A DNA stretch of 44,163 nt from a virus. Made by a program: the position numbers and the translations under genes. Position 1 is the first letter of the stretch; the number at the start of each line of letters is the position of its first letter. Below are positions 1 to 7,736 of this stretch, in pieces. The stretch is taken from the IMG/VR virus record IMGVR_UViG_3300019886_000002; one strand, written 5' to 3'. Under the pieces are notes generated by a model. That model was given only the letters and a program-made list of their open reading frames with translations, made no database searches and was not told the DNA's origin.

Positions 1-127
1 CCGTGTTCTGTCCGCACCTAAACGGCCGGTACTTTATAGGTGCGGTACCAGAAGATTCCATTTGGCCCAATGGTGATTTAGAGATTCTCTCACGCTGTGA
101 CGCAATTTACATGGGGCCTGGTTGGAG
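1..127. repeat. Terminal overlap identical to 44037-44163 (circular-assembly redundancy; unit genome 44,036 bp)
   Basis: The string ccgtgttctgtccgcacc...ggggcctggttggag is present at both window ends. It lies inside a CDS that continues in frame across the junction. Confidence 0.9.
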
Positions 128-233
128 TGGTTCTCCTGGGGCTCATGTGGAATTGACTATCGCAATGAAACTGGGCTTGCGTTGCTTTTACCATGATGAC
201 ATTGAATCCCTTAAGGAGTGGGTACGTGAATGA
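3..233 (+). CDS. 3' part of nucleoside 2-deoxyribosyltransferase-like protein (DUF4406/DUF1937 type); same gene as 43925..44163
   Basis: In frame with ATG 43925 through the duplicated 127 bp. The joined protein MKLIYVAGPFRG...CDAIYMGPGWSGSPGAHVE matches the pattern IYxAGP...cD.i....gW..S.Ga..E. Confidence 0.7.
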   Translation: MFCPHLNGRYFIGAVPEDSIWPNGDLEILSRCDAIYMGPGWSGSPGAHVELTIAMKLGLRCFYHDDIESLKEWVRE

Positions 234-448
234 CACACAAGGACTTCAAGGAGTTAGCCCACTACATGGGAGCCGACATCATCTTTCAGACTGCCCCATG
301 TGCGGTATTCGTGAATGCTGCGTACACTGTTACACTGGACATCTCTACCGACGAGCTAGAAAACCTAGCACCCCTGGAAGCAGCAGACCTGTTGGCTCAG
401 GCAGCAATGATGACGGACAAGGAATTCCGGGGTAAGGATCCATCATGA
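230..448 (+). CDS. hypothetical protein
   Basis: 72-aa ORF. ATGA overlap with the upstream stop and AAGGAG 11 nt upstream. Confidence 0.6.
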   Translation: MTHKDFKELAHYMGADIIFQTAPCAVFVNAAYTVTLDISTDELENLAPLEAADLLAQAAMMTDKEFRGKDPS

Positions 449-645
449 TTTGGGTAGTGCTAGAGACAAACGGCACAGATTTTATCAGGTGTGAAAATGA
501 AACACACGCTGCAAAAACGGCACGAAATCTTGCAGAGCGGGTTGGTACTGCATCCTATTATAAGGTGATTGAAGTGGGCACCTTTGATCGTGTAATTACG
601 AAACGGACTACTGATGGCCTGGAAGTGGCTACAGAAGCCAAGTGA
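445..645 (+). CDS. hypothetical protein
   Basis: 66-aa ORF with ATGA start/stop coupling to the upstream gene. Confidence 0.6.
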   Translation: MIWVVLETNGTDFIRCENETHAAKTARNLAERVGTASYYKVIEVGTFDRVITKRTTDGLEVATEAK

Positions 646-1429
646 GTGGGCTGCGGTAGCAGAAGCAATACGGACCCAAGGCATCATGGGCTGTGATACA
701 GAAACGTTTGGACACAATGTCAAGACCTCAACCCCTGCGTTCCGAGCTAGTATTGATGTATGGTCGTTGGCCTTACGAACCGTCGACCTGCATCCCTACG
801 GATATCATATCGCCCGAGCCTGTGTACTGCCTGCCGCCGCAGCGGAGTATCCTGCCCTCAAGTCAATTCTTGAGGACCCCCGTATACTCAAGGTATTTCA
901 CAACGCTCACCACGACGAGCACGCCTTCGCCAACCATGGGATCCACCTGGCGGGGGTGTATGATACGCTGGAGACTATACGACTATACTACCCCGAGAGA
1001 GCCGGTGTGGGTGCTGGTGGGTATCGACTCAAGCCATTACGCTTTGCCCTGCTTGGCAAGCCAGAGCGTGAGGGGTTCAAAGAACTAACCTCACCACAGG
1101 AAGAGTCGTATGAAGTCCAAAAGGAAGTCGGCTGCTGTGTCTGTGGTGTCCCCAAGTGTAAGAAACGCAAGGAACCCCACGGAAGGACTGTACGTATTGA
1201 TACACATATCAAGGTCCGCAAGATCCCTTGCCCCATTGAAGGAATTATACCGGGTCATCCCCGTTGGGAGCGGAAACTGGACTACGCAGGTGATGATGCG
1301 GCCGATGCCCTAGAGCTGTACGAGATGTGTACTCAGCGCGGGATAATGCTGGAGTCTAAGTTACCCGAATTGCCCTGGGAGTCTTCTCACGAAAATACGA
1401 TCTTACGCGGAAAGGCTACAGCGGCTTAA
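614..1429 (+). CDS. DNA polymerase I family, 3'-5' exonuclease domain ORF
   Basis: Exo I motif GCDTETFG, Exo II-like FHNAHHDEHAF and Exo III-like YAGDDAADALELY. Contains a Cys-rich insertion CCVCGVPKCKK...PCP. Stops at TAA 1427-1429. Confidence 0.8.
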   Translation: MAWKWLQKPSEWAAVAEAIRTQGIMGCDTETFGHNVKTSTPAFRASIDVWSLALRTVDLHPYGYHIARACVLPAAAAEYPALKSILEDPRILKVFHNAHHDEHAFANHGIHLAGVYDTLETIRLYYPERAGVGAGGYRLKPLRFALLGKPEREGFKELTSPQEESYEVQKEVGCCVCGVPKCKKRKEPHGRTVRIDTHIKVRKIPCPIEGIIPGHPRWERKLDYAGDDAADALELYEMCTQRGIMLESKLPELPWESSHENTILRGKATAA

Positions 1430-1433
1430 CGGT

Positions 1434-2771
1434 GTGGTCTTCAAGATGGAGCGGCATGGTGTTCCAATTGACCTAGAAGTCTGTGCTGACATCCGTAACC
1501 AGGCTCGAGCCGATGAAGCCGCTACCTTAGAAAAGCTTAATGCCTTTGCAGGGGAACACGGGTTTACGGATACCAACTGGAACTATGCCCAATGGCTTGT
1601 GGGGTTTCTACATTCTCCACAGGGCCTGCACCTGCCGCCCAGCCCCTACTGGTCCAAGGGTAAAGTAAAACTGTGGCAAGGCGAGAAAAAAGTCGATGGC
1701 ACAGCCCTGGACTGGATGGCCTCGATCCACCATGAATACCGAGAAATCCTTAACCTTATACGAAAATACCGACAACAGCATAGAATGGGTACCTATGCCG
1801 AGTCATGGATTACGCTTGCTGTCAAACATCCCGACGGTTCATTCAGACTCCACCCATCTTTTGGCATGGCGGATGACTCTGATAGTCGACCAGGCGCTAA
1901 GACCGGTAGGTTTGGAATTAAAAACCCCGCCCTACAGCAGGTACCAATTGATAAGAAAAAAGACCCGTACAGGTTGCGACGTGCGTTTATTGCCACCCCA
2001 GGACACAGGATTGTAGTTGCCGATTACACACAGCTTGAAATTGTTATCCTGGCTCATATTTGTCATCGGCTGTTTGGTGCTACAGGCTTGCGTGACAGGC
2101 TACTCCCTGGCCAGCCAGATATGCACAGCGCTACTGCTAAGTATGTGTTTGGTGACGTGTTGGGCACGCCCGAGGTTCTGGCTTGCACGGATCTAACGCT
2201 GTTCAAGAGCGATGATATACTCAAACGATTCAGGGATCTAGTCAAAAGAATCCGTTACGGCTTGGCCTACGGTAAGGGCGATTATGGCTTTGGAAATACT
2301 CTATTTGAGCTGGACAGCGCTGGTGATATTGTTGGTCCTCCGATGGGCGAGGAAAGAGCGGGAGTATTACGAAACGCACTGCTCGACATGGACCCGGAGT
2401 TGCGCTGGTACCAAGAATGGGTGTGGGAGTATGGTAGAGCTACCCAGATGTTCCCAAGCCTTGAAGGCAGATGGAATCCAGGTAGAGACATCCTCAGCTC
2501 AGAAACCTGGGTTGCCAACCGACGTTACCGACAATGGCTCAATTGGCCTATGCAAACCGGTGGTCAAGAGATTGTCATAGCCGCCATGCTGGCCCTAGAC
2601 GAGCTTGGAGAAACCATGAGCTTGCAGGTGCATGATGAGTTGCACTTTATGGTTCCCGAAGACCGAGACGACTTTAGTGCCATCCAACACGCGATGGAGC
2701 ATACAACACAGCTAGATGCACCACTGCGGGCTGACCCCCATGTGGGATCTACCTGGGAAGAAACCAAATGA
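1434..2771 (+). CDS. DNA polymerase I family, polymerase domain ORF
   Basis: Motif A VVADYTQLEIVILAH, motif B RIRYGLAYGKG and motif C QVHDELHF. GTG 1434 is the first usable start, but homology to the Pol I linker helix begins upstream (see finding). Confidence 0.85.
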   Translation: MVFKMERHGVPIDLEVCADIRNQARADEAATLEKLNAFAGEHGFTDTNWNYAQWLVGFLHSPQGLHLPPSPYWSKGKVKLWQGEKKVDGTALDWMASIHHEYREILNLIRKYRQQHRMGTYAESWITLAVKHPDGSFRLHPSFGMADDSDSRPGAKTGRFGIKNPALQQVPIDKKKDPYRLRRAFIATPGHRIVVADYTQLEIVILAHICHRLFGATGLRDRLLPGQPDMHSATAKYVFGDVLGTPEVLACTDLTLFKSDDILKRFRDLVKRIRYGLAYGKGDYGFGNTLFELDSAGDIVGPPMGEERAGVLRNALLDMDPELRWYQEWVWEYGRATQMFPSLEGRWNPGRDILSSETWVANRRYRQWLNWPMQTGGQEIVIAAMLALDELGETMSLQVHDELHFMVPEDRDDFSAIQHAMEHTTQLDAPLRADPHVGSTWEETK

Positions 2772-2932
2772 TTGTGAAATCTGGATCAAAGTATTACGTG
2801 TACTCAGAAGACAAGTCCAAACGCCTGGGTGGGCCGTATGACAGTATGGAAGAGGCCAAAAAGCGCTTGGCTCAGATAGAGTACTTCAAGCACACCAAAC
2901 CAGGTGGGACGTATGGTGGCAAGGGGGATTAG
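2768..2932 (+). CDS. small hypothetical protein (54 aa)
   Basis: ATGA overlap with the polymerase stop. Translation is MIVKSGSKYYVYSEDKSKRLGGPYDSMEEAKKRLAQIEYFKH.... It falls below the ORF-track length cutoff. Confidence 0.5.
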   Translation: MIVKSGSKYYVYSEDKSKRLGGPYDSMEEAKKRLAQIEYFKHTKPGGTYGGKGD

Positions 2933-2944
2933 TGAGGGGCGACT

Positions 2945-3469
2945 ATGATTACATTAGGGGGTGGAACGCCGGATGGCAATACGCTACTGACGGAGCTAAC
3001 CACCGACGATTGGTGCACGCCACGGGGGCTAGCTCAGGCCCTGGGGATGTTCGACCTGGATCCTTGCAGCAACCCACGGAGTCATGTCCAAGCGAGGGTG
3101 CGGTATGCCCTCCCCCAGAATGGTCTCCAATTGCCATGGATGGGAAGGGTCTTCCTGAACCCGCCGTATTCCGATGTTCTACCCTGGGCCACGCGTGCGG
3201 TAGAACACACCCCGCCTGGTACCGTTGTTGCACTTGTAAAACTGGATCCGACTACTAAGTGGTGGGCTAAGTTTATGGAATTGCGCGGTGTAAACTGGGC
3301 GCCATTCAAACATAGGATCAAGTTTGAGCGACCGGACAAACCCCCATTTACTGCGAACTTTCCTAGCGCACTAATCTGGGGCGGTGCTGCATTCCTGGGT
3401 GAAGACCCACGAGACCTTGGTGTTGATATTTGGGAGCCTAATGACAGATACGACCACAACGGAGACTGA
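2945..3469 (+). CDS. DNA N6-adenine methyltransferase (phage Dam-type)
   Basis: WCTP...FDLDPC...FLNPPYSD...HRIKFERP, the layout of the phage Dam family including the NPPY catalytic motif. Confidence 0.85.
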   Translation: MITLGGGTPDGNTLLTELTTDDWCTPRGLAQALGMFDLDPCSNPRSHVQARVRYALPQNGLQLPWMGRVFLNPPYSDVLPWATRAVEHTPPGTVVALVKLDPTTKWWAKFMELRGVNWAPFKHRIKFERPDKPPFTANFPSALIWGGAAFLGEDPRDLGVDIWEPNDRYDHNGD

Positions 3470-4025
3470 GTTTCAGAAGTTTGCTAAGATCCCTCGGCTT
3501 TACCGGGCTTGCTGCGTGACGGAGAAAATTGACGGGTCTAATGCCCAGATTGTAATACCGGAAGACGACGGCCCCATGCTGGTGGGGTCTAGAAATCGCT
3601 GGATTACCCCTGGCAAAGGAACTGATAACTTTGGCTTTGCAGACTGGGCCTACCAGAACGAAGCAAGCTTGCGTAGGCTTGGGCCAGGACGGCACTATGG
3701 TGAATGGTGGGGGGCTGGGATTGGACGTCGCTACGGGCTTGCTACACGTCGGTGGAGTTTGTTTAATGTGTTACGCTGGAAACAATGCCTCCCTGACCCG
3801 CTGCCCGAGCTTGGTGTGGCTTTGGTACCTATCATATATCAAGGCGAATTCGACACCCTTAACATTGCCGCAGCCTGTAAACTACTGCAATCAGGGGGTT
3901 CGATGGCTGAACCGGGTTTCATGCAACCGGAAGGCATAGTCGTCAAACACTTTGCATCTGGTCCGCTCTTCAAATTTACATTCAATGGGGATGCTAAAGA
4001 TGCCCCAAGTCCAGAGGAACAGTGA
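3441..4025 (+). CDS. RNA-ligase-like nucleotidyltransferase (NTase domain only)
   Basis: Motif I TEKIDGSN, motif III GEWWG, motif IV EGIVVKH and motif V-like FKFTF. About 194 aa with no OB or C-terminal domain. Start taken at ATG 3441; the ORF is open from 3384. Confidence 0.7.
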   Translation: MTDTTTTETEFQKFAKIPRLYRACCVTEKIDGSNAQIVIPEDDGPMLVGSRNRWITPGKGTDNFGFADWAYQNEASLRRLGPGRHYGEWWGAGIGRRYGLATRRWSLFNVLRWKQCLPDPLPELGVALVPIIYQGEFDTLNIAAACKLLQSGGSMAEPGFMQPEGIVVKHFASGPLFKFTFNGDAKDAPSPEEQ

Positions 4026-4645
4026 TCGACGTAACCTGTAACGCACAAGAGGCGGTTACTCGTGGACTCAGTATTGTTGGCCATGGCGGCATGTATCTGC
4101 TTGGTACTGGCGACTTTCATCCCCGTATTGATCCTAGGTTTGGCCTTGTTGATGTCCCATGGACAGACGGAGGACGTCAAGGAGCATCGGTCTTCGGAAG
4201 TGACTGCGCAGGGTTTGCCATCACATGGGCCTGGAAAGTCAAGCGACACCGGCCAGGGTACAACCACGGAAACTGGAGTACCGTAGAGGACGATATTAAT
4301 TGTAACTCTCTAATAGAAGACGCAAACCACAAACAAGAGCTTGCTACAGAAGTAGACACGCCACAACCGGGAGACTTGCTTGCCTACCCCACGTTTAACC
4401 TTCGTACTCAGGATGGGGCTGATCATAGATTTATTGGTCATGTTGGTTTGGTGTCTAGTGCTCCTGCCACCTGGGATCTCAAACACCGCCGTTATGATTT
4501 GTGTAGTGTGGTTCAGTGCCACGGTCCTAATGGCTTTAAGCCTGGAGTAGTAGCGACTGATGGTAGCATCTGGTTGCATCATGACGTCATGTGGCCAAAG
4601 CCCGAGCACCGTACCCACATCATTCGCATGAAAGAACGCAAATGA
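4022..4645 (+). CDS. CHAP / NlpC-P60-like cysteine peptidase (possible endolysin)
   Basis: GSDCAGFAITWAW gives the candidate catalytic Cys and FIGHVGLV the His. GTG start overlaps the upstream stop. Confidence 0.65.
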   Translation: MIDVTCNAQEAVTRGLSIVGHGGMYLLGTGDFHPRIDPRFGLVDVPWTDGGRQGASVFGSDCAGFAITWAWKVKRHRPGYNHGNWSTVEDDINCNSLIEDANHKQELATEVDTPQPGDLLAYPTFNLRTQDGADHRFIGHVGLVSSAPATWDLKHRRYDLCSVVQCHGPNGFKPGVVATDGSIWLHHDVMWPKPEHRTHIIRMKERK

Positions 4646-5049
4646 GGAAATACGTCACAGGAACGCGCTGGTGCTTGTGGCGCTGGACTACCGTAGACTC
4701 GGAATACATTACCCGGCTGCATGTCCTGAAAACACCGTGGTTTGCCGTGTGTCTTCATTGGCTGAACAAGCCAGACCCCGAGCCCTACCTGCATGACCAT
4801 CCTGTGACGTTCTTGTCCTTGATTCTGCGTGGTGGATACCGTGAAGTACGTAAGGACGGGTGGGTTTACACACACAACCACTACAACTGGTTGCGGGCCT
4901 GCCCAGAAGACCAGCACACGATCACCACGGTAAAGCCAGGAACCGTAACACTATGCCTGATGGGACCTAAACGCCGCGAATGGGGATTTCATACTCCAAC
5001 TGGCTGGGTCTATTGGCGAGATTACTACAAAGCCCAAAGGAAATCATGA
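4642..5049 (+). CDS. hypothetical protein with cupin-like HDHP motif
   Basis: ATGA coupling at 4642. Motifs YLHDHPVTFLSLILRGGY and REWGFHT. Confidence 0.6.
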   Translation: MRKYVTGTRWCLWRWTTVDSEYITRLHVLKTPWFAVCLHWLNKPDPEPYLHDHPVTFLSLILRGGYREVRKDGWVYTHNHYNWLRACPEDQHTITTVKPGTVTLCLMGPKRREWGFHTPTGWVYWRDYYKAQRKS

Positions 5050-5363
5050 GCAAGTTTGATGAAGCGGAAACCGCGTGGATTAATGTGTGCAAGGCCTGGG
5101 ACTCCGTAGATCTGCCAGAGGAGCCCGACTGGTCAGAACCAGATGGTAATATCCTGTTGGCCAACCTGGAACACTACTGTGACAAGCTCCGTAAGCAGTA
5201 TACGGAAGTGGTTAAGCAGTGCAACATTAACGAGACTGCAGCACAAAAAGCCAGCTCGAACAATGTGGCGCTTCAGGCTGAACTGTCACAGCTCCGTACT
5301 AAGGTGCAGAATATGCAAAATATTATCCGGATTGCCCTTGACATGGGCCGAGTCCATGATTAG
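5046..5363 (+). CDS. hypothetical protein (coiled-coil-like)
   Basis: ATGA coupling at 5046. 105 aa. Confidence 0.6.
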   Translation: MSKFDEAETAWINVCKAWDSVDLPEEPDWSEPDGNILLANLEHYCDKLRKQYTEVVKQCNINETAAQKASSNNVALQAELSQLRTKVQNMQNIIRIALDMGRVHD

Positions 5364-5368
5364 ACTGG

Positions 5369-5875
5369 ATGCAAGTGACGGTATTTAAAGGATATGGCGA
5401 AGGAACACCATACCTTCCTGGTGAGAATTACAAAGCGGGGGCCTGGAAAGCGCCGCAATATACCCGCCGCGCTGATGCTATGTCCGCAGACGCACTAGAC
5501 GTTCTTCATGACAACCAGCTTGCCTACCTCATTGACAAGATCCAAGCGGAAGTTAAACGCCGAGTCAAGCCAGTACAGCAGGCGCACTATGATGCCTTCA
5601 GTAATTTCCTGTTGGGTGTGGCACATGCCATGGCTTGCCGATACGCCTTACGCTGGTTGCGTGGCCATAATCCGATAGGTAAGACTGCAACCGCTGGCGA
5701 GATGTGGACAGCGTTTGACGGGTCTGAGCTTGAACGGCGAGTTGAGGTTGGTGTTGGTCCTATTGTCCGTACTAAAGGCTCGCATCGCTTATTGTCCAAC
5801 CCACTGACCTGGACCACCCGTGGTGATCTTGAGAAGTGGCTAAATAAAAATCACCTTGTTGGCCCTATGCTCTGA
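5369..5875 (+). CDS. hypothetical protein
   Basis: 168-aa ORF. Last gene of the plus-strand block. Confidence 0.6.
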   Translation: MQVTVFKGYGEGTPYLPGENYKAGAWKAPQYTRRADAMSADALDVLHDNQLAYLIDKIQAEVKRRVKPVQQAHYDAFSNFLLGVAHAMACRYALRWLRGHNPIGKTATAGEMWTAFDGSELERRVEVGVGPIVRTKGSHRLLSNPLTWTTRGDLEKWLNKNHLVGPML

Positions 5876-5979
5876 CAACTGAATAGCGTTTGATCGTTTT
5901 GAACCTGTAGCGCAGCAGAACAAATAACTAGGGCTTTGAGTCCCTAGCGGCCATCAAGCGGGGCTGTGTCAGGTTCTCT

Positions 5980-6088
5980 GGAGAGTTGCACGAGATGGAC
6001 TAAGTGAACGCGTCTCGCAAAGGCGCGTAGGGCATGCCTCCCGCAGTGGGGGACACAGCCTTCCTAGGTTCGAATCCTAGACTCTCCG
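5980..6088 (+). ncRNA. oversized tRNA-like element (non-canonical)
   Basis: 7-bp acceptor ggagagt (5980-5986) / actctcc (6081-6087). Perfect T arm ctagg-ttcgaat-cctag (6064-6080). 3-bp D stem with a GG-containing loop. 7-bp stem with loop tcgcaaa (6008-6028). About 34 nt lie between the anticodon-like arm and the T arm, so the element is too long for a canonical tRNA. Confidence 0.45.
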
Positions 6089-6098
6089 CAAAAGGAAA

Positions 6099-6128
6099 GC
6101 CCCCAAGGAGCTGCTACTCCAAGGGGGC
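6099..6128 (-). terminator. intrinsic terminator of the late (minus-strand) operon
   Basis: GC-rich hairpin gcccccAAggag-ctgcta-ctccAAgggggc. On the minus strand it is followed by tttcctttt. Confidence 0.6.
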
Positions 6129-6159
6129 TGAATTATATCTAAGCTAGTTAGTGGTAGTA

Positions 6160-6375
6160 TTACTTAGCAGGGTCAACCGGCGCACCCTTTGCAGCCGCGG
6201 CCGGGATGAGCTTCACCAGGACACTCACAACGACATCCTCGAACCAACGCAGGGCTGCGAGGGCCTTGTTATCCAGGTCGGAACTGGTAATTGGAGCAAT
6301 GACCGCCAGGGCCGCAATGAGGGCCGAGACGACGTAGGGCAAGTAGCCCAAGATCTGATAGACAATAGCAAGCAT
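6160..6375 (-). CDS. small membrane protein
   Basis: 71 aa with hydrophobic segment YLPYVVSALIAALAVIAPI. Last gene before the terminator. Confidence 0.55.
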   Translation of the reverse strand: MLAIVYQILGYLPYVVSALIAALAVIAPITSSDLDNKALAALRWFEDVVVSVLVKLIPAAAAKGAPVDPAK

Positions 6376-6377
6376 GG

Positions 6378-6788
6378 TTATTCCTTAAGGGTTGAGTGTT
6401 TCGCTAACATCGCCAGAGCTTCGCGACGGTCTCCAGCTTCCATAATCATTCGTTGTACGGTGGCGGCAGGTTCTGTTTGGGCCTGCATGTTGGTGCAGCG
6501 AACCACGACCCAGCCCTGTGTTTCTAGCCGCTTCGTACGATCTCGATCTGCCTTTTGTTGAGCCGGGGAGTTGTGATTCTTCCCGTCAACCTCAAAAATA
6601 ATTCGCGGGTTAAGCAAGGCAAAGTCAACGATGGCATGGCATGAGAACACAGGGTGTTGGGCGCGATAGGGCATACCCAATGCAGCGACGTATGGTTCAA
6701 TAGCCTGCTCGCTTGGGGTTGGCTTGGTATAGAGAGCAGCCCAGTTCTGCAAAAAGCCGTCATTACGGGGATTCCAACGCTGGCCCAT
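6378..6788 (-). CDS. DUF559 / Vsr-like endonuclease-fold protein
   Basis: IVDFALLNPRIIFEVDGKNHNSPAQQKADRDRTKRLETQGWVVVRC matches the DUF559 core pattern DF...iEvDG..H....D..R...L...GW.vlR. Confidence 0.7.
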   Translation of the reverse strand: MGQRWNPRNDGFLQNWAALYTKPTPSEQAIEPYVAALGMPYRAQHPVFSCHAIVDFALLNPRIIFEVDGKNHNSPAQQKADRDRTKRLETQGWVVVRCTNMQAQTEPAATVQRMIMEAGDRREALAMLAKHSTLKE

Positions 6789-7465
6789 TAGCCGAGTCCT
6801 TGTGTGGGTTGATAGTCTGGCAATGAATCAGGTTGCGGTGTATAGTCGATATTGCCCTCAATCAAGAACTTAACCAGCGTGGCAAGCGGTACAAACCGGA
6901 AGCCTGGGTGTTCTTGTGGATCTAGGCAGGCCGTGCGATCGACATCCGTACGACACGCCACCAAAACACCAAAGACCCCTTCCGCGTCAAACACTGCTGA
7001 GCCTGAGGCACCATGATCAGACGGCGCGCTGTCCTCGTTGTTACCCAGATAAGCGCCTTTATACACCCCAAAGACGCCATCAGGATAACCCGCGTAACCA
7101 GACGCTGTTCCCATAGCGGGCATGCGGCCAGCAATAACCAGGGGTGCCGCCAATGGGCCGTCAGAAGCCAAGACACAGACATCTGTATCATGGTCCATCT
7201 GCCAGTACAGTGCGTGTGCAATCGACTTGCGCCCACCCATAGAGGTAAGGGTAAAATCGCCAGTGGTTGACCATTCACACATGTGGCCCGCTGTGACAAG
7301 TTGGTGATCATTGACCACCCATGCCGTGCCGCCCATGCTGCTAAATCCATGTTCAGTGGTAATCAAATATGTGCTGGCTGTGGCGACTTCAGGTGTAACT
7401 GGATACTGTACGGTATAACAGCTAGTTAGCAGCGCCAGTAAGATTAGGAGGGTCTTCATGTTCAT
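6788..7465 (-). CDS. lipoprotein, trypsin-like serine protease
   Basis: Signal peptide with lipobox MKTLLILLALLTSC. Catalytic-triad-like motifs VTAGHMC, DTDVCVL and DHGASGSAVF. The start is ambiguous (7489, 7465 or 7459). Confidence 0.7.
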   Translation of the reverse strand: MNMKTLLILLALLTSCYTVQYPVTPEVATASTYLITTEHGFSSMGGTAWVVNDHQLVTAGHMCEWSTTGDFTLTSMGGRKSIAHALYWQMDHDTDVCVLASDGPLAAPLVIAGRMPAMGTASGYAGYPDGVFGVYKGAYLGNNEDSAPSDHGASGSAVFDAEGVFGVLVACRTDVDRTACLDPQEHPGFRFVPLATLVKFLIEGNIDYTPQPDSLPDYQPTQGLG

Positions 7466-7736
7466 CCAAACAAATAAGTGCCATGTCATGCCATCGATGC
7501 TCGGCGCGCATCCAAAGCCCCAGCGCTTTTGCCTCAGCTGGAGTGAGAGTTACTTTATCCCCTGCCGAATCCGGTAACAACTGTGGTTCGCTTGGCACGT
7601 CGGGTAAGGGGCACGGAACACGCGGAATAGCTACCAGGTCTGGTCGACTCCCGCAGGAAATTAGCAGCAGACTCAGCAGAATCCACCTTGGCAGCTTGTG
7701 CATTGTCGCTAGCAGCTTCATCAGCATCCAAGTCAT
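7422..7736 (-). CDS. o-spanin-like lipoprotein
   Basis: Lipobox LLLISC followed by a Pro-rich mature region. Overlaps the 3' end of the i-spanin ORF in another frame. The true start is probably the internal Met at 7703. Confidence 0.6.
   Translation of the reverse strand: MTWMLMKLLATMHKLPRWILLSLLLISCGSRPDLVAIPRVPCPLPDVPSEPQLLPDSAGDKVTLTPAEAKALGLWMRAEHRWHDMALICLDEHEDPPNLTGAAN

Noticed and set aside
5980-6088. tRNA-like element as an attP core (3' tRNA fragment used for integration)
   Set aside because: No integrase, excisionase or repressor is present. Both acceptor strands are present, not just a 3' fragment.
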